The translations under genes and the position numbers were made by a program. The notes below the pieces were generated by a model. The model searched no databases. It was not told where the DNA came from and saw only the letters and a list, made by a program, of their open reading frames with translations. Shown here piece after piece: positions 47,107 to 59,862 of a stretch of 64,000 nt of DNA (its first letter is position 1; the number at the start of each line of letters is the position of its first letter). Source of the stretch: Escherichia coli (GTDB lineage: Bacteria; Pseudomonadota; Gammaproteobacteria; Enterobacterales; Enterobacteriaceae); NCBI RefSeq assembly GCF_003334305.1, contig NZ_QOWS01000003.1; one strand, written 5' to 3'.

Positions 47107-48084
47107 ATGAGCGAAACGGCATCCTGGCAGCCGAGCGCATCCATTCCTAACTTATTAAAACGCGCGGCGATTATGGCGGAGATCCGTCGTTTCTTTGCCG
47201 ATCGTGGAGTGCTGGAGGTGGAGACGCCTTGTATGAGCCAGGCGACGGTAACCGATATTCATTTGGTCCCGTTTGAGACACGTTTCGTTGGCCCCGGGCA
47301 TTCGCAGGGGATGAATCTCTGGTTAATGACCAGCCCGGAATACCATATGAAACGCCTGCTGGTTGCCGGTTGTGGGCCGGTATTCCAGCTGTGCCGCAGC
47401 TTCCGTAATGAAGAGATGGGGCGTTATCACAACCCTGAGTTCACTATGCTGGAGTGGTATCGACCGCACTATGATATGTACCGGTTGATGAACGAGGTGG
47501 ACGATCTCTTACAACAGGTGCTGGACTGCCCGGCAGCAGAAAGCCTTTCTTATCAACAAGCTTTCTTGCGTTATCTGGAAATTGACCCGCTCTCTGCCGA
47601 CAAAACGCAACTGCGGGAAGTCGCAGCGAAACTGGATTTGAGCAATGTTGCTGATACCGAAGAAGACCGCGACACGCTGCTACAATTGCTGTTTACCTTT
47701 GGCGTAGAGCCAAATATTGGCAAAGAAAAACCGACCTTTGTGTACCACTTTCCAGCCAGCCAGGCATCACTGGCGCAAATCAGTACCGAAGATCATCGGG
47801 TCGCTGAACGCTTTGAGGTTTATTATAAAGGTATTGAGCTGGCGAATGGTTTCCATGAATTGACGGATGCCCGTGAGCAGCAACAACGCTTTGAACAAGA
47901 TAACCGTAAGCGCGCGGCGCGCGGTTTGCCGCAGCACCCCATTGACCAGAATCTGATTGAAGCCTTGAAAGTCGGTATGCCTGACTGTTCCGGCGTGGCA
48001 TTAGGTGTTGATCGTCTGGTGATGTTGGCGCTGGGCGCGGAGACACTGGCTGAAGTCATCGCCTTTAGCGTTGACCGGGCATAA
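47107..48084 (+). CDS. epmA: EF-P--(R)-beta-lysine ligase (LysRS class II paralogue)
   Basis: Start taken at [17 protein letters not shown] (325 aa); class II aaRS catalytic motifs; also known as poxA/yjeA. Confidence 0.9.
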   Translation: MSETASWQPSASIPNLLKRAAIMAEIRRFFADRGVLEVETPCMSQATVTDIHLVPFETRFVGPGHSQGMNLWLMTSPEYHMKRLLVAGCGPVFQLCRSFRNEEMGRYHNPEFTMLEWYRPHYDMYRLMNEVDDLLQQVLDCPAAESLSYQQAFLRYLEIDPLSADKTQLREVAAKLDLSNVADTEEDRDTLLQLLFTFGVEPNIGKEKPTFVYHFPASQASLAQISTEDHRVAERFEVYYKGIELANGFHELTDAREQQQRFEQDNRKRAARGLPQHPIDQNLIEALKVGMPDCSGVALGVDRLVMLALGAETLAEVIAFSVDRA

Positions 48085-48302
48085 TTCTGAAAAATTACTG
48101 AATTAACAGCGAAGAATGGCGTGATAAGCGCCATTCTGTAGCATATGTTTTCATTTTTCCGTTAAAGGCCACAATTTAAGACTGGATATTTGATATCATC
48201 CAGGTATCAATTCTGTATTGGTTTTTACGCTGCCCGCTCAATGTTGGGCAGTGCAGTTCAGTGGGCGCGTTTTATACACGCGCTGAAATGAAGGATGGTT
48301 TC

Positions 48303-49805
48303 ATGCCTCACACGATAAAAAAGATGAGTCTGATAGGACTCATATTGATGATCTTTACTTCCGTATTTGGATTTGCCAATAGCCCATCGGCTTATTACTT
48401 AATGGGTTATAGTGCGATTCCCTTTTATATATTTTCTGCATTGTTATTCTTTATTCCATTCGCCTTAATGATGGCTGAAATGGGAGCTGCCTATCGCAAA
48501 GAAGAAGGTGGTATCTATTCCTGGATGAATAATAGTGTCGGACCACGTTTTGCCTTCATTGGTACGTTTATGTGGTTTTCCTCTTATATCATCTGGATGG
48601 TGAGTACCTCCGCGAAAGTTTGGGTACCGTTCTCAACATTCCTCTATGGTAGCGACATGACCCAGCACTGGCGTATTGCTGGACTGGAGCCTACGCAGGT
48701 GGTTGGTCTGCTGGCAGTGGCATGGATGATTCTGGTCACCGTCGTTGCTTCAAAGGGGATTAATAAAATTGCCCGCATTACTGCGGTGGGCGGTATTGCA
48801 GTAATGTGTCTGAATTTAGTATTGCTGTTAGTAAGCATTACTATTTTGTTATTAAATGGTGGGCATTTCGCGCAGGATATTAATTTCCTTGCATCACCGA
48901 ACCCAGGTTATCAGTCCGGTCTGGCAATGCTATCGTTTGTGGTATTTGCTATTTTTGCCTATGGCGGAATTGAAGCGGTTGGTGGTCTGGTCGATAAAAC
49001 GGAAAATCCAGAAAAGAACTTTGCCAAAGGTATTGTTTTTGCCGCTATTGTTATTTCAATCGGTTATTCGCTGGCAATATTTTTATGGGGTGTCAGCACA
49101 AACTGGCAGCAGGTATTAAGTAATGGTTCCGTTAACCTCGGCAATATTACCTATGTGCTGATGAAGAGCCTCGGGGTGACGCTGGGTAACGCACTGCATT
49201 TGTCACCTGAAGCGTCATTGTCGCTGGGTGTATGGTTTGCGCGTATTACCGGACTTTCGATGTTCCTCGCTTATACCGGGGCGTTCTTTACGCTTTGCTA
49301 TTCACCGCTGAAAGCCATCATCCAGGGGACGCCGAAAGCGTTGTGGCCGGAACCGATGACGCGCCTGAATGCGATGGGGATGCCTTCTATCGCCATGTGG
49401 ATGCAGTGCGGGTTGGTTACTGTCTTCATCCTGCTGGTTTCGTTTGGTGGCGGTACCGCATCGGCGTTCTTTAACAAGCTGACGCTGATGGCGAACGTGT
49501 CTATGACGCTTCCTTACCTGTTCCTCGCGCTGGCTTTCCCGTTCTTTAAAGCACGTCAGGATCTCGACAGACCGTTTGTGATTTTCAAAACGCATTTGTC
49601 GGCAATGATTGCGACAGTGGTTGTCGTACTGGTGGTGACATTTGCGAACGTCTTCACCATCATTCAACCTGTGGTTGAAGCCGGAGACTGGGACAGCACA
49701 TTGTGGATGATTGGCGGCCCTGTCTTCTTCTCGCTGTTAGCGATGGCGATTTACCAGAACTATTGCAGTCGCATGGCGAATAAACCTGAGTTAGCTCTCG
49801 ACTGA
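48303..49805 (+). CDS. yjeM: APC-superfamily transporter of unknown substrate
   Basis: Polytopic membrane ORF; start uncertain (GTG 48261, ATG 48288 or ATG 48303). Confidence 0.8.
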   Translation: MPHTIKKMSLIGLILMIFTSVFGFANSPSAYYLMGYSAIPFYIFSALLFFIPFALMMAEMGAAYRKEEGGIYSWMNNSVGPRFAFIGTFMWFSSYIIWMVSTSAKVWVPFSTFLYGSDMTQHWRIAGLEPTQVVGLLAVAWMILVTVVASKGINKIARITAVGGIAVMCLNLVLLLVSITILLLNGGHFAQDINFLASPNPGYQSGLAMLSFVVFAIFAYGGIEAVGGLVDKTENPEKNFAKGIVFAAIVISIGYSLAIFLWGVSTNWQQVLSNGSVNLGNITYVLMKSLGVTLGNALHLSPEASLSLGVWFARITGLSMFLAYTGAFFTLCYSPLKAIIQGTPKALWPEPMTRLNAMGMPSIAMWMQCGLVTVFILLVSFGGGTASAFFNKLTLMANVSMTLPYLFLALAFPFFKARQDLDRPFVIFKTHLSAMIATVVVVLVVTFANVFTIIQPVVEAGDWDSTLWMIGGPVFFSLLAMAIYQNYCSRMANKPELALD

Positions 49806-49825
49806 TCATATGAAATCCTGCAACT

Positions 49826-49854
49826 CATCGTCTCTCCGGCGATGAGTTGTCAGG
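49826..49854. terminator. 10-bp perfect-stem hairpin between convergent yjeM and mscM
   Basis: caactcatcg-tctctccgg-cgatgagttg read directly; no strong T-tract. Confidence 0.35.
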
Positions 49855-49955
49855 AAGTAATGCGTATGGATGATACTCTCCAGGGCCGGTGATAACTGAA
49901 GATGATGTTAAGCTGCTAAATGAGCCACGTTGACATCATTTGGCAGCTTCATGCA

Positions 49956-52900
49956 TTACAAACTTCCCGCCTGACGACCTTTGCCCGCAGAAGTTAATGT
50001 TCTCCCCGTTTGCTTACCGTTGAGGCTTTCCAGACGCATCTGGAAGGGCGGGAATGGCATATCGATACCGTGGGCGTGGAAGCCTGCCAGAATCAGCTGG
50101 TGGATCTCATGGCGTAGCGGCATACGGTGACCCATCTCAGCGGCGTAAATACGCAGCTCGAAAATCTGAATCCCCTGTTGCAGATCCACCAGGAAGACTT
50201 CCGGTGCCGGGTTGTCGATCACCAGCGAGCAGCGACGCGCTGCGGTGAGCAGGATTTCCGTCACTTCTTCGCTATTGGCATCGGCAGGGGCCGGAATCGT
50301 CAACACCACGCGCGTGACCGAGTCAGAGAGCGACCAGTTGATAAACTGCTCGGTAATAAACGCCTTGTTCGGCACGATTATCTCTTTACGGTCCCAGTCG
50401 CTGATGGTGGTGGCGCGGGTGTTAATTTTTGTCACGCTACCAGTAAGATCGCGGATCGTTACCGTATCGCCAATGCGAATCGGTTTTTCGAACAGGATGA
50501 TCAGGCCAGAGATAAAGTTGGCGAAAATTTCCTGCAAACCAAAACCGAGACCAACACCGAGCGCGGCAACCAGCCACTGCAATTTCGACCACTCAATACC
50601 AATCATTGAGAAGCCGACCAGCCCGCCAATCAGCATCAGCAGATATTTGGTGATGGTGGTGATGGCGTAACCCGTACCTGGCGTTAAATCCAGGTGCTGC
50701 AAAATCGCCAGTTCCAGCAGCGCGGGCAGGTTGCGCACCAGCTGCGTGGTGATGATAAACACCAGAATGGCAATCAGCACCGCACCGAGGGTAATTGGCT
50801 CCAGACTTTCTACGCCCTGTACCGTGGAGGTGACATCCCACAGCGAAATATTTTCGAGGAAGCCGAAAGCGGAATGGATTTCTGACCACAGCACAATGAC
50901 AGAAAGCAGGGCGATCAACATCAAAATTGAGCGCACCAGCCGCAAGGATTGCGCACTGATGGCATCGAGATCGACTTCGCTTTCATCGACTTCAATTGCT
51001 CCTTCCGGGCTACTGTGATGATGCGCTTCCTCTTCGCCACGCGCACGTTGCGCTAACATCTCTGCACGGCGATGCTTCGCCCGGTCAAACGCCAGCCTGC
51101 GACGCTGGATCAGCATCCAGCGGCGGATAACGTGATAAACCACCAGTAGCAGGAACCAGATGGCAACCGAGGTTTCAAGCCTCGCTAACAGTGCCTGCGC
51201 CGTTGCCAGATAACCCACCGCCGACGCCAGAATGGCAACCAGTGGTGCGCCAATCATCATGTTCCACAGCATATGGTTGGTAATGTTGTCGCCGCTGCCC
51301 TCTTTGTTGAGGTACAGCGGGATCCCGGCCTTTTTCAGGCTGAGGGTGACCACCGCCAGCGCACCGCAAATGAGGATAAAGCAAAGCCGTCCCAGCGAAC
51401 CGGAAAATTCGCGGTCGTCGAGGTTATCGAACATCATCAGCGCCATAATCAGCGGCACAATAAGCCCGATGCTCATCAGGTAGTAGCGCATACCACGAGA
51501 AACACGTTCGCGCGGCCAGCCAAAATGAGCGATAAACAAGCCGTTCGGGCGGGCAAAAGTAGCGCAAATCATCACTACCCACAGCAGCGGCACGGTGGCT
51601 GTTACGCCATCGCCAATCGCGACCGCCAGCGGATAAGGCCACGCCTCGCGCAAGCCGTAACCCAGCGTCATCCACAGCACCGGCAACGGTGACGCGACGA
51701 GAATCGACCAGAAAAGAGTGCGCAACGTCAGCCAGAAGTGATCCTGAGTCACTTTGCCGACTTTCGCCGCCGAACGTTCAAGAAAACGGGTGAAATAGCG
51801 GCGTGAGTAAATACTGCAACCGACCAGAATCAACGCGCCAAACAGCGGTAAAATTGTCTCTTTACTGGTCAGCATCATCACACTGGCTTTGCCCAACTGA
51901 CTGAAGGTGTCCAGCGAAATGAGACGACGCAGATCCTGGGCGATTTCCAGCGGCCAGGCGATGGTCATCGGGCGCACGTCAGAGGTCCAGAACAGATAGC
52001 GGTGCGTCGCTTCGTTCACCTCTTTCAGCGCATCCTCCAGTTGCCCGTTGGAGACTTTCAGCTTGGTCAGTTCCAGCAGTAGCGTGTCTCCACCCTGCAA
52101 CAATGAGTTCAGCAACTCACGCTGAGTGCGTAGCTGTGCTTCCAGAATACGGTTTTGCTCGGCGGTCAGCGGCTGACCGTCGGCCTGATGAATTTGCCTT
52201 AGCTGCGGCTGTTTATTAAGCAGATCCTCATAACGTAACCGTTGCACACGCAACTGCGCCATTTCGGTATCAAGTTGTTGTGGTTTTGGCATTTCCGGCA
52301 GCCGTGCCACCTGCGCCCGCAACGCTTCGCCGAGCAGGTTGGACGAGCCCAGCCATTGCGACTGTTCACGCAGCGTATTCAACGCCTGCCGGACCTGTAA
52401 CGTCTGGCTGGTGGCCTGGCGCTGTTGCGAGGCAACGAGATCCATCCGCTGCGCCTGTTGATTCAGTGCCGCCGATAGTTCGCGGTTAATTTTGAATTGC
52501 GCGACGATGTCTTTCGGCAAATCGGCGCTGTTTTCTGCCAGCAATTCGGTACTTTCCAGCGCCCGCTCCGCTTCAAGCTGACGTTGGCTGTTCAACTGAT
52601 TACGTAAGGCCTGCAAATACGCATCCAGTTGCTGGCTCTCTTTTTCCGCCAGCTCTGAGCGTAAGCGCGCTAATTCCTGACGGTTATTGGCAGACAGCTG
52701 CGCCAGTTCCAGTTCATCAACGAGCGCTTTCAGGCGTGCGGAGTCAGACTGCAACGCGAAATTTTGTGCCTGATTGAGCGGGGTATTGCCAGTAAGCGTT
52801 CCCAGGCGGCGCTCGATCTCATTTAACTGACGGCGGGCGTCGGTTTGCTGTTGCGGCAGTTGATTCAGCGAATCGGCAATCTCGCGGGCGCGCTCCTGCT

Positions 52901-53279
52901 CTTGCTGGGCCTGACGGCTTTTATCCAGCAACTGGCTGCTGACCTGGAGAATTTCCTGATTCAGCGCGTCGGTAGACATCCCCGGCGACACGCTGCGCGG
53001 TTCGTCACGCATGTTGTTTAATTGTGCGCGCAGAGTAGCGGAAAGTTTCGGGTAATTATCAATGACTTCTTGATATTGCTTGATGCGCTCAAGGGAACCT
53101 TTTCGTTCCTCAAGCGCATTTAAGGCGGACTGGAGCGCCTCTACGACTTCCGGCTGCGCGGGTTTCGCCGCTTTTGCCTGCTCCAGTTCTTGTGAGATTT
53201 GTTTGCTATCGGGGGCCGTCGCGGCGTACGCCCCCCAACTGAGGCACCAGGCCATCAGAAAAGTGATAATCAGGCGCAC
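49956..53279 (-). CDS. mscM: Mechanosensitive channel MscM (MscK-like, large periplasmic coiled-coil N-terminus)
   Basis: 1107-aa ORF: signal peptide, Q/L-rich periplasmic domain, multiple TMs, MscS-type C-terminal domain. Confidence 0.9.
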   Translation of the reverse strand: MRLIITFLMAWCLSWGAYAATAPDSKQISQELEQAKAAKPAQPEVVEALQSALNALEERKGSLERIKQYQEVIDNYPKLSATLRAQLNNMRDEPRSVSPGMSTDALNQEILQVSSQLLDKSRQAQQEQERAREIADSLNQLPQQQTDARRQLNEIERRLGTLTGNTPLNQAQNFALQSDSARLKALVDELELAQLSANNRQELARLRSELAEKESQQLDAYLQALRNQLNSQRQLEAERALESTELLAENSADLPKDIVAQFKINRELSAALNQQAQRMDLVASQQRQATSQTLQVRQALNTLREQSQWLGSSNLLGEALRAQVARLPEMPKPQQLDTEMAQLRVQRLRYEDLLNKQPQLRQIHQADGQPLTAEQNRILEAQLRTQRELLNSLLQGGDTLLLELTKLKVSNGQLEDALKEVNEATHRYLFWTSDVRPMTIAWPLEIAQDLRRLISLDTFSQLGKASVMMLTSKETILPLFGALILVGCSIYSRRYFTRFLERSAAKVGKVTQDHFWLTLRTLFWSILVASPLPVLWMTLGYGLREAWPYPLAVAIGDGVTATVPLLWVVMICATFARPNGLFIAHFGWPRERVSRGMRYYLMSIGLIVPLIMALMMFDNLDDREFSGSLGRLCFILICGALAVVTLSLKKAGIPLYLNKEGSGDNITNHMLWNMMIGAPLVAILASAVGYLATAQALLARLETSVAIWFLLLVVYHVIRRWMLIQRRRLAFDRAKHRRAEMLAQRARGEEEAHHHSSPEGAIEVDESEVDLDAISAQSLRLVRSILMLIALLSVIVLWSEIHSAFGFLENISLWDVTSTVQGVESLEPITLGAVLIAILVFIITTQLVRNLPALLELAILQHLDLTPGTGYAITTITKYLLMLIGGLVGFSMIGIEWSKLQWLVAALGVGLGFGLQEIFANFISGLIILFEKPIRIGDTVTIRDLTGSVTKINTRATTISDWDRKEIIVPNKAFITEQFINWSLSDSVTRVVLTIPAPADANSEEVTEILLTAARRCSLVIDNPAPEVFLVDLQQGIQIFELRIYAAEMGHRMPLRHEIHQLILAGFHAHGIDMPFPPFQMRLESLNGKQTGRTLTSAGKGRQAGSL

Positions 53280-53300
53280 GTCAGCGTTTCCTTTGATGGA

Positions 53301-54269
53301 TTAGACCTGGTCTTTTTTATCGTCAACCAATGGGCTGGCGTCGTGTTCTGCTTCGATCTCTTCAGCAGGAAGCGGGGCCGGTTCAGCGTCTGGCGTAACA
53401 AAGGTTTCGGTAGATACTGCCAGCGGCTGGCCAATTTTCGTGACAGACAGGCTTTCCAGTTGCTCAACCAGATTCACTTTACCCGGTGCAAACAGGTTGA
53501 TAACGGTGGAACCGAGTTTAAAGCGACCCATTTCCTGGCCTTTCAGCAGTGCCACAGAACCGTCGTTTTCCCCGGCAGGCCAGGTCCAGCGCTTGATGAT
53601 ACCTTCGCGCGGCGGCGTAATGGTGCCCGCCCAGACCGTCTCAATGCTGCCAACAATCGTCGCTCCGACCAGAATCTGCGCCATTGGGCCAAATTCGGTA
53701 TCGAAAAGGCAAATCACGCGTTCGTTACGGGCAAACAGATTCGGCACGTTCTGAGCCGTGAGATGGTTAACGGAGAAGAGATCGCCCGGTACGTAGATCA
53801 TCTCACGCAGAATACCGTTGCACGGCATGTGTACGCGATGGTAGTCACGCGGGGAGAGGTAAGTGGTCACAAACGTACCGTTGCGGAACAGGTCCGCCAT
53901 CAGATAGTTGCCTGCCAGCAGGGCTTCGAGGCTGTAGTTGTGGCCTTTGGCTTGCAGGATTTTATCTTCTTCGATTTTACCCAACTGGCTGATAACGCCA
54001 TCGGCAGGCATGACCAGTACATTCGGATCGGTATCGATTGGGCGTACTTCGCCACGCAGCGGACGGACAAAGAATTCGTTAAAGGTGCGGTAGCTGGCGG
54101 TGTCCGGCTTTTGCGCCTCTTTCATGTCGACCTTGTAGTATTTAACGAACAGATCGATAACCAGTTTTGTCAGCCATCCTGCCCGCTTGCTTGCGCCCCA
54201 ACCCGCCAGGCGAGTAAGCCATAGTTTCGGCAGAATGTACTGTAGCGAAAGTTTAAATGAATTTAACAA
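53301..54269 (-). CDS. psd: Phosphatidylserine decarboxylase proenzyme
   Basis: 322-aa ORF with LGST self-cleavage motif (FKLGSTV). Confidence 0.95.
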   Translation of the reverse strand: MLNSFKLSLQYILPKLWLTRLAGWGASKRAGWLTKLVIDLFVKYYKVDMKEAQKPDTASYRTFNEFFVRPLRGEVRPIDTDPNVLVMPADGVISQLGKIEEDKILQAKGHNYSLEALLAGNYLMADLFRNGTFVTTYLSPRDYHRVHMPCNGILREMIYVPGDLFSVNHLTAQNVPNLFARNERVICLFDTEFGPMAQILVGATIVGSIETVWAGTITPPREGIIKRWTWPAGENDGSVALLKGQEMGRFKLGSTVINLFAPGKVNLVEQLESLSVTKIGQPLAVSTETFVTPDAEPAPLPAEEIEAEHDASPLVDDKKDQV

Positions 54270-54297
54270 GGTAGCCTCCAGGCCATTGTTTTGTCGT

Positions 54298-54325
54298 TCC
54301 TGATCCGGCCTACATGCCGGATCCT
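54298..54325. repeat. REP-like palindrome gatccggc-ctacat-gccggatc
   Basis: 8-bp perfect arms in rsgA-psd intergenic region. Confidence 0.4.
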
Positions 54326-54365
54326 GAAAAAAAGGGGACGATTCTAACGACGGTTAGCTTAATTG

Positions 54366-55418
54366 TCAGTCATCCGTATCAGAAAAGTTTTTACGCGTTT
54401 TTACCTGCGCCATGCTTTCCAGAATACGGTGATAGTTTTCGAAACGGGTTTCCGCGATTTTCCCTTCCTCAACCGCTTCCCGGATAGCGCAGCCCGGATC
54501 GGTATCGTGTTTGCAATCGCGATATTTACACAGACCTAAATAGTCATGGAATTCGACAAAGCCCTGAGTGATTTGTTCCGGCTCCAGGTGCCAGAGGCCG
54601 AACTCACGCACACCAGGGGAATCAATCACATCACCGCCGTGCGGGAAGTGATACAGCCGAGCGGCGGTCGTGGTGTGCTGACCGAGCCCCGAGTTGTCAG
54701 AGACATCGTTGGTCAGGATCTCTTTTTGCAGCCCCAGCAACGCATTCAGCAGGCTGGATTTGCCGACGCCAGACTGCCCGGCAAAAATGCTGATGCGCCC
54801 GGTCAACGCCTCTTCCAGCGGTTTTAGCCCATCCTGAGTATGGCTGGAAACCATCAATACGCGATAACCGATATTGCGGTAGATATCCATCTGCTCGTTG
54901 ACGAACGCCATGCCTTCGTCGTCCAGCAGGTCTATCTTGTTGAGCACAATAATCGGCTCAATCTGCAAGGTTTCGCAGGCCACCAGGTAACGGTCGATAA
55001 TATTGAGCGACAGCTCCGGCAAAATGGCGGAGACAATGACAATCTGGTCGATGTTGGCGGCAATAGGTTTTACGCCGTCGTAGAAATCCGGACGCGTCAA
55101 CACCGAGGTACGCTCATGCACCGCTTCCACGATCCCTTTGACATTTACGCCTTCCGCCGCCGGTTTACCCGGACGCCAGACTACGCGGTCGCCGGTTACC
55201 AGCGAACGGATGGTACGGCGAATATTGCAGCGGTGAACGTCGCCATCGGCGGATTCCACATCAGCGTGCATACCAAAGCGGCTGATGACGATACCTTCAT
55301 CAGGCTCGCCAAACAGATTGTCGTCGTAGTCGGGCTTCTCCTTAGACGTTTTAAGACGACGCTGGTGATTGGCGTTCACGCGGCGCTGCTGGCCTTTGGA
55401 GAGTTTATTTTTACTCAA
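54366..55418 (-). CDS. rsgA: Ribosome small-subunit biogenesis GTPase RsgA
   Basis: Circularly permuted GTPase motifs; start inferred as TTG ([13 protein letters not shown], 350 aa). Confidence 0.88.
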
Positions 55419-55512
55419 TCGTACAGACTCCTGGTCGCCCCTGATGGGCAAAACATCTATGATACACGCAATTGTGGATCAATATAGTCACTGTGAATGG
55501 GTGGAAAATAGC

Positions 55513-56058
55513 ATGAGTGCCAATGAAAACAACCTGATTTGGATCGATCTTGAGATGACCGGTCTGGATCCCGAGCGCGATCGCATTATTGAGATTGCCA
55601 CGCTGGTGACCGATGCCAACCTGAATATTCTGGCAGAAGGGCCGACCATTGCAGTACACCAGTCTGATGAACAGCTGGCGCTGATGGATGACTGGAACGT
55701 GCGCACCCATACCGCCAGCGGGCTGGTAGAGCGCGTGAAAGCGAGCACGATGGGCGATCGGGAAGCTGAACTGGCAACGCTCGAATTTTTAAAACAGTGG
55801 GTGCCTGCGGGAAAATCGCCGATTTGCGGTAACAGCATCGGTCAGGACCGTCGTTTCCTGTTTAAATACATGCCGGAGCTGGAAGCCTACTTCCACTACC
55901 GTTATCTCGATGTCAGCACCCTGAAAGAGCTGGCGCGCCGCTGGAAGCCGGAAATTCTGGATGGTTTTACCAAGCAGGGGACGCATCAGGCGATGGATGA
56001 TATCCGTGAATCGGTGGCGGAGCTGGCTTACTACCGCGAGCATTTTATCAAGCTGTAA
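55513..56058 (+). CDS. orn: Oligoribonuclease
   Basis: Start taken at [18 protein letters not shown] (181 aa); DEDDh exonuclease motifs. Confidence 0.95.
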
Positions 56059-56183
56059 AATTTTTCCTGGTCACGTAAGCGCCGGAATCCACTTGCGGCG
56101 GCGTGATTTTGACGCTAAATTGAACGTCTTGCTGATAATTTCAGCACTTGAGATAAAAACGCAAAAAAAACTTTTTTGGGGGG

Positions 56184-56211
56184 TTGCAGAGGGAAAGATT
56201 TCTCGTATAAT
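56184..56211 (+). promoter_or_regulatory. sigma70 promoter for tRNA-Gly operon (TTGCAG-16 bp-TATAAT) with upstream A/T tract
   Basis: TTGCAG at 56184-56189 and TATAAT at 56206-56211; GC-rich discriminator gcgcctccc typical of stringently controlled stable-RNA promoters. Confidence 0.55.
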
Positions 56212-56268
56212 GCGCCTCCCGTAACGACGCAGAAATGCGAAAATTACGAAAGCAAAATTAAGTAGTAC

Positions 56269-56344
<76 letters not shown>

Positions 56345-56380
56345 AAATTTGAAAAGTGCTGCAAAGCACAGACCACCCAA

Positions 56381-56456
<76 letters not shown>

Positions 56457-56469
56457 AATTCTTCTCTCA

Positions 56470-56730
56470 ATAAAATATCCACAGCGATGCGATGCGTTAT
56501 TGCTGGTTTTCGTTGTCTCTGACAAACTCTTGTAAACAGAGTTATCCACAGCCTCAGGCTGTAATCTTAATTTCAAAGAAACTTCGCACGGTGAATAGTA
56601 TTTTTTTAACCTATTGATAGATAAGTTAAAAATTAAGATTCCGTTTTGTCGAGTCGATCACTTGACGATTTTATTCGTCTTGAATTGCAATGCGTTTTTA
56701 TTTTTATTCACAAGCTGTGGATGAATCAGG
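56470..56730. other. datA: DnaA-box cluster with central IHF site, consistent with the datA DnaA-titration/DDAH locus
   Basis: TTATCCACA (56542-56550) and TTATTCACA (56704-56712) perfect DnaA boxes; ATATCCACA (56475-56483) and inverted TGTGGATGA (56716-56724) one mismatch; IHF core at 56607-56619. Confidence 0.55.
56607..56619. promoter_or_regulatory. IHF-binding-site core consensus
   Basis: TAAcctaTTGATA matches YAAnnnnTTGATW. Confidence 0.45.
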
Positions 56731-57863
56731 CGTCACGCGGTAACCCTTTTTCAATCACCCGAACCAGACGCTGTTTTTTCGGCAATTGCACTTCGACTAT
56801 GCACGCATTTCGTCTCTCTATTTGCTGCGCAATCGCCCACGCTATGTGCTCATCGAGAAGTGGGTGCTCACCTTTACGACTTTCCAGCGCTGTCAAAATC
56901 GTTTCATCCCAAGGGGCATTGCCTAATGCTACGGCGATATTACGCAGCCAACGCAGGTGACCAATACGACGAATCGCCGATCCTTCCGTGACTTTTAAAA
57001 ACTTCTCTTCGCTCCAGGCGAATAACTCAATGAGTTCCGGTGCGTGTAGCGGCTTACGCGGGCTGAAATCGTCTTCTGTAGTGAGTTGCGAATAGCGATT
57101 CCACGGGCAGATAAGCTGGCAGTCATCGCAACCGTAAATACGGTTTCCCATTAACGGTCGCAACTCTTCCGGGATCGCCCCTTCAAGTTCGATGGTGAGA
57201 TAAGAGATACAGCGGCGAGCATCGACGGTATATGGCTCGACGATGGCACCGGTCGGGCAAATCGTCATACAGGCTATGCATTTACCGCATCCTTCCTCGA
57301 CTGGTTGATCCACGGGCAGCGGAATATCGACCAGCAATTCGCCTAAAAAGAAGAAAGAACCGGCCTCGCGATTGAGGATAAGTGAGTGCTTACCTGTCCA
57401 GCCGAGCCCAGCTTTTGCAGCTAACGGGCGCTCGAGAATAGGCGCAGAATCGACAAACGGTCTAAAATTCAGCGAAACACAATGTTGCTGAATCATCTCG
57501 CCCAGCTTTTTGAGTCGGTTGCGCAGAAGTTTGTGATAGTCACGGCCCAGCGCATAACGGCTAACATAGCCGAGTTTGGGGTTTTTCAGCGTGCTGGCAA
57601 ATGCGGCGTTAGCAGGAAGGTAATTCATCCGCACGCTGATCACGCGCAGCGTACCGGGTAATAACTCATGGGGGCGAGCGCGCAGCATACCGTGACGTGC
57701 CATCCAGTCCATTTCGCCGTGGTATTGTTTGTCCAGCCATGCTTGCAGTTTGGGCTCGGACTCGCTGAGATCGGTATCGGTAATACCTACCTGCTGAAAG
57801 CCCAGTTCCAGCCCCCACTGTTTAATTTTTTGCGCTAACTGATTGAGATCGAGGGGCTCTGAC

Positions 57864-57865
<2 letters not shown>
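56726..57865 (-). CDS. queG: Epoxyqueuosine reductase (Fe-S, cobalamin-dependent)
   Basis: Start taken at MSEPLDLNQLAQKIKQW (379 aa); 4Fe-4S ferredoxin-type Cys motifs (CGKCIACMTICPTGA, CDDCQLICPWN). Confidence 0.9.
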
Positions 57866-59844
<1,979 letters not shown>

Positions 59845-59862
59845 CCTTTGAAAGGTGGCGGG

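Noticed and set aside
48261-48302. Possible upstream ORF or structured leader before yjeM (hairpins at about 48096-48120 and 48263-48283)
   Set aside because: Stems are short (5-7 bp) and the apparent coding extension depends on a GTG start; insufficient evidence to call a leader or riboswitch.
55369-56058. ORF-track 229-aa version of orn overlapping the rsgA start
   Set aside because: Oligoribonuclease begins at [18 protein letters not shown] (55513); the extension overlaps the divergent rsgA 5' end.
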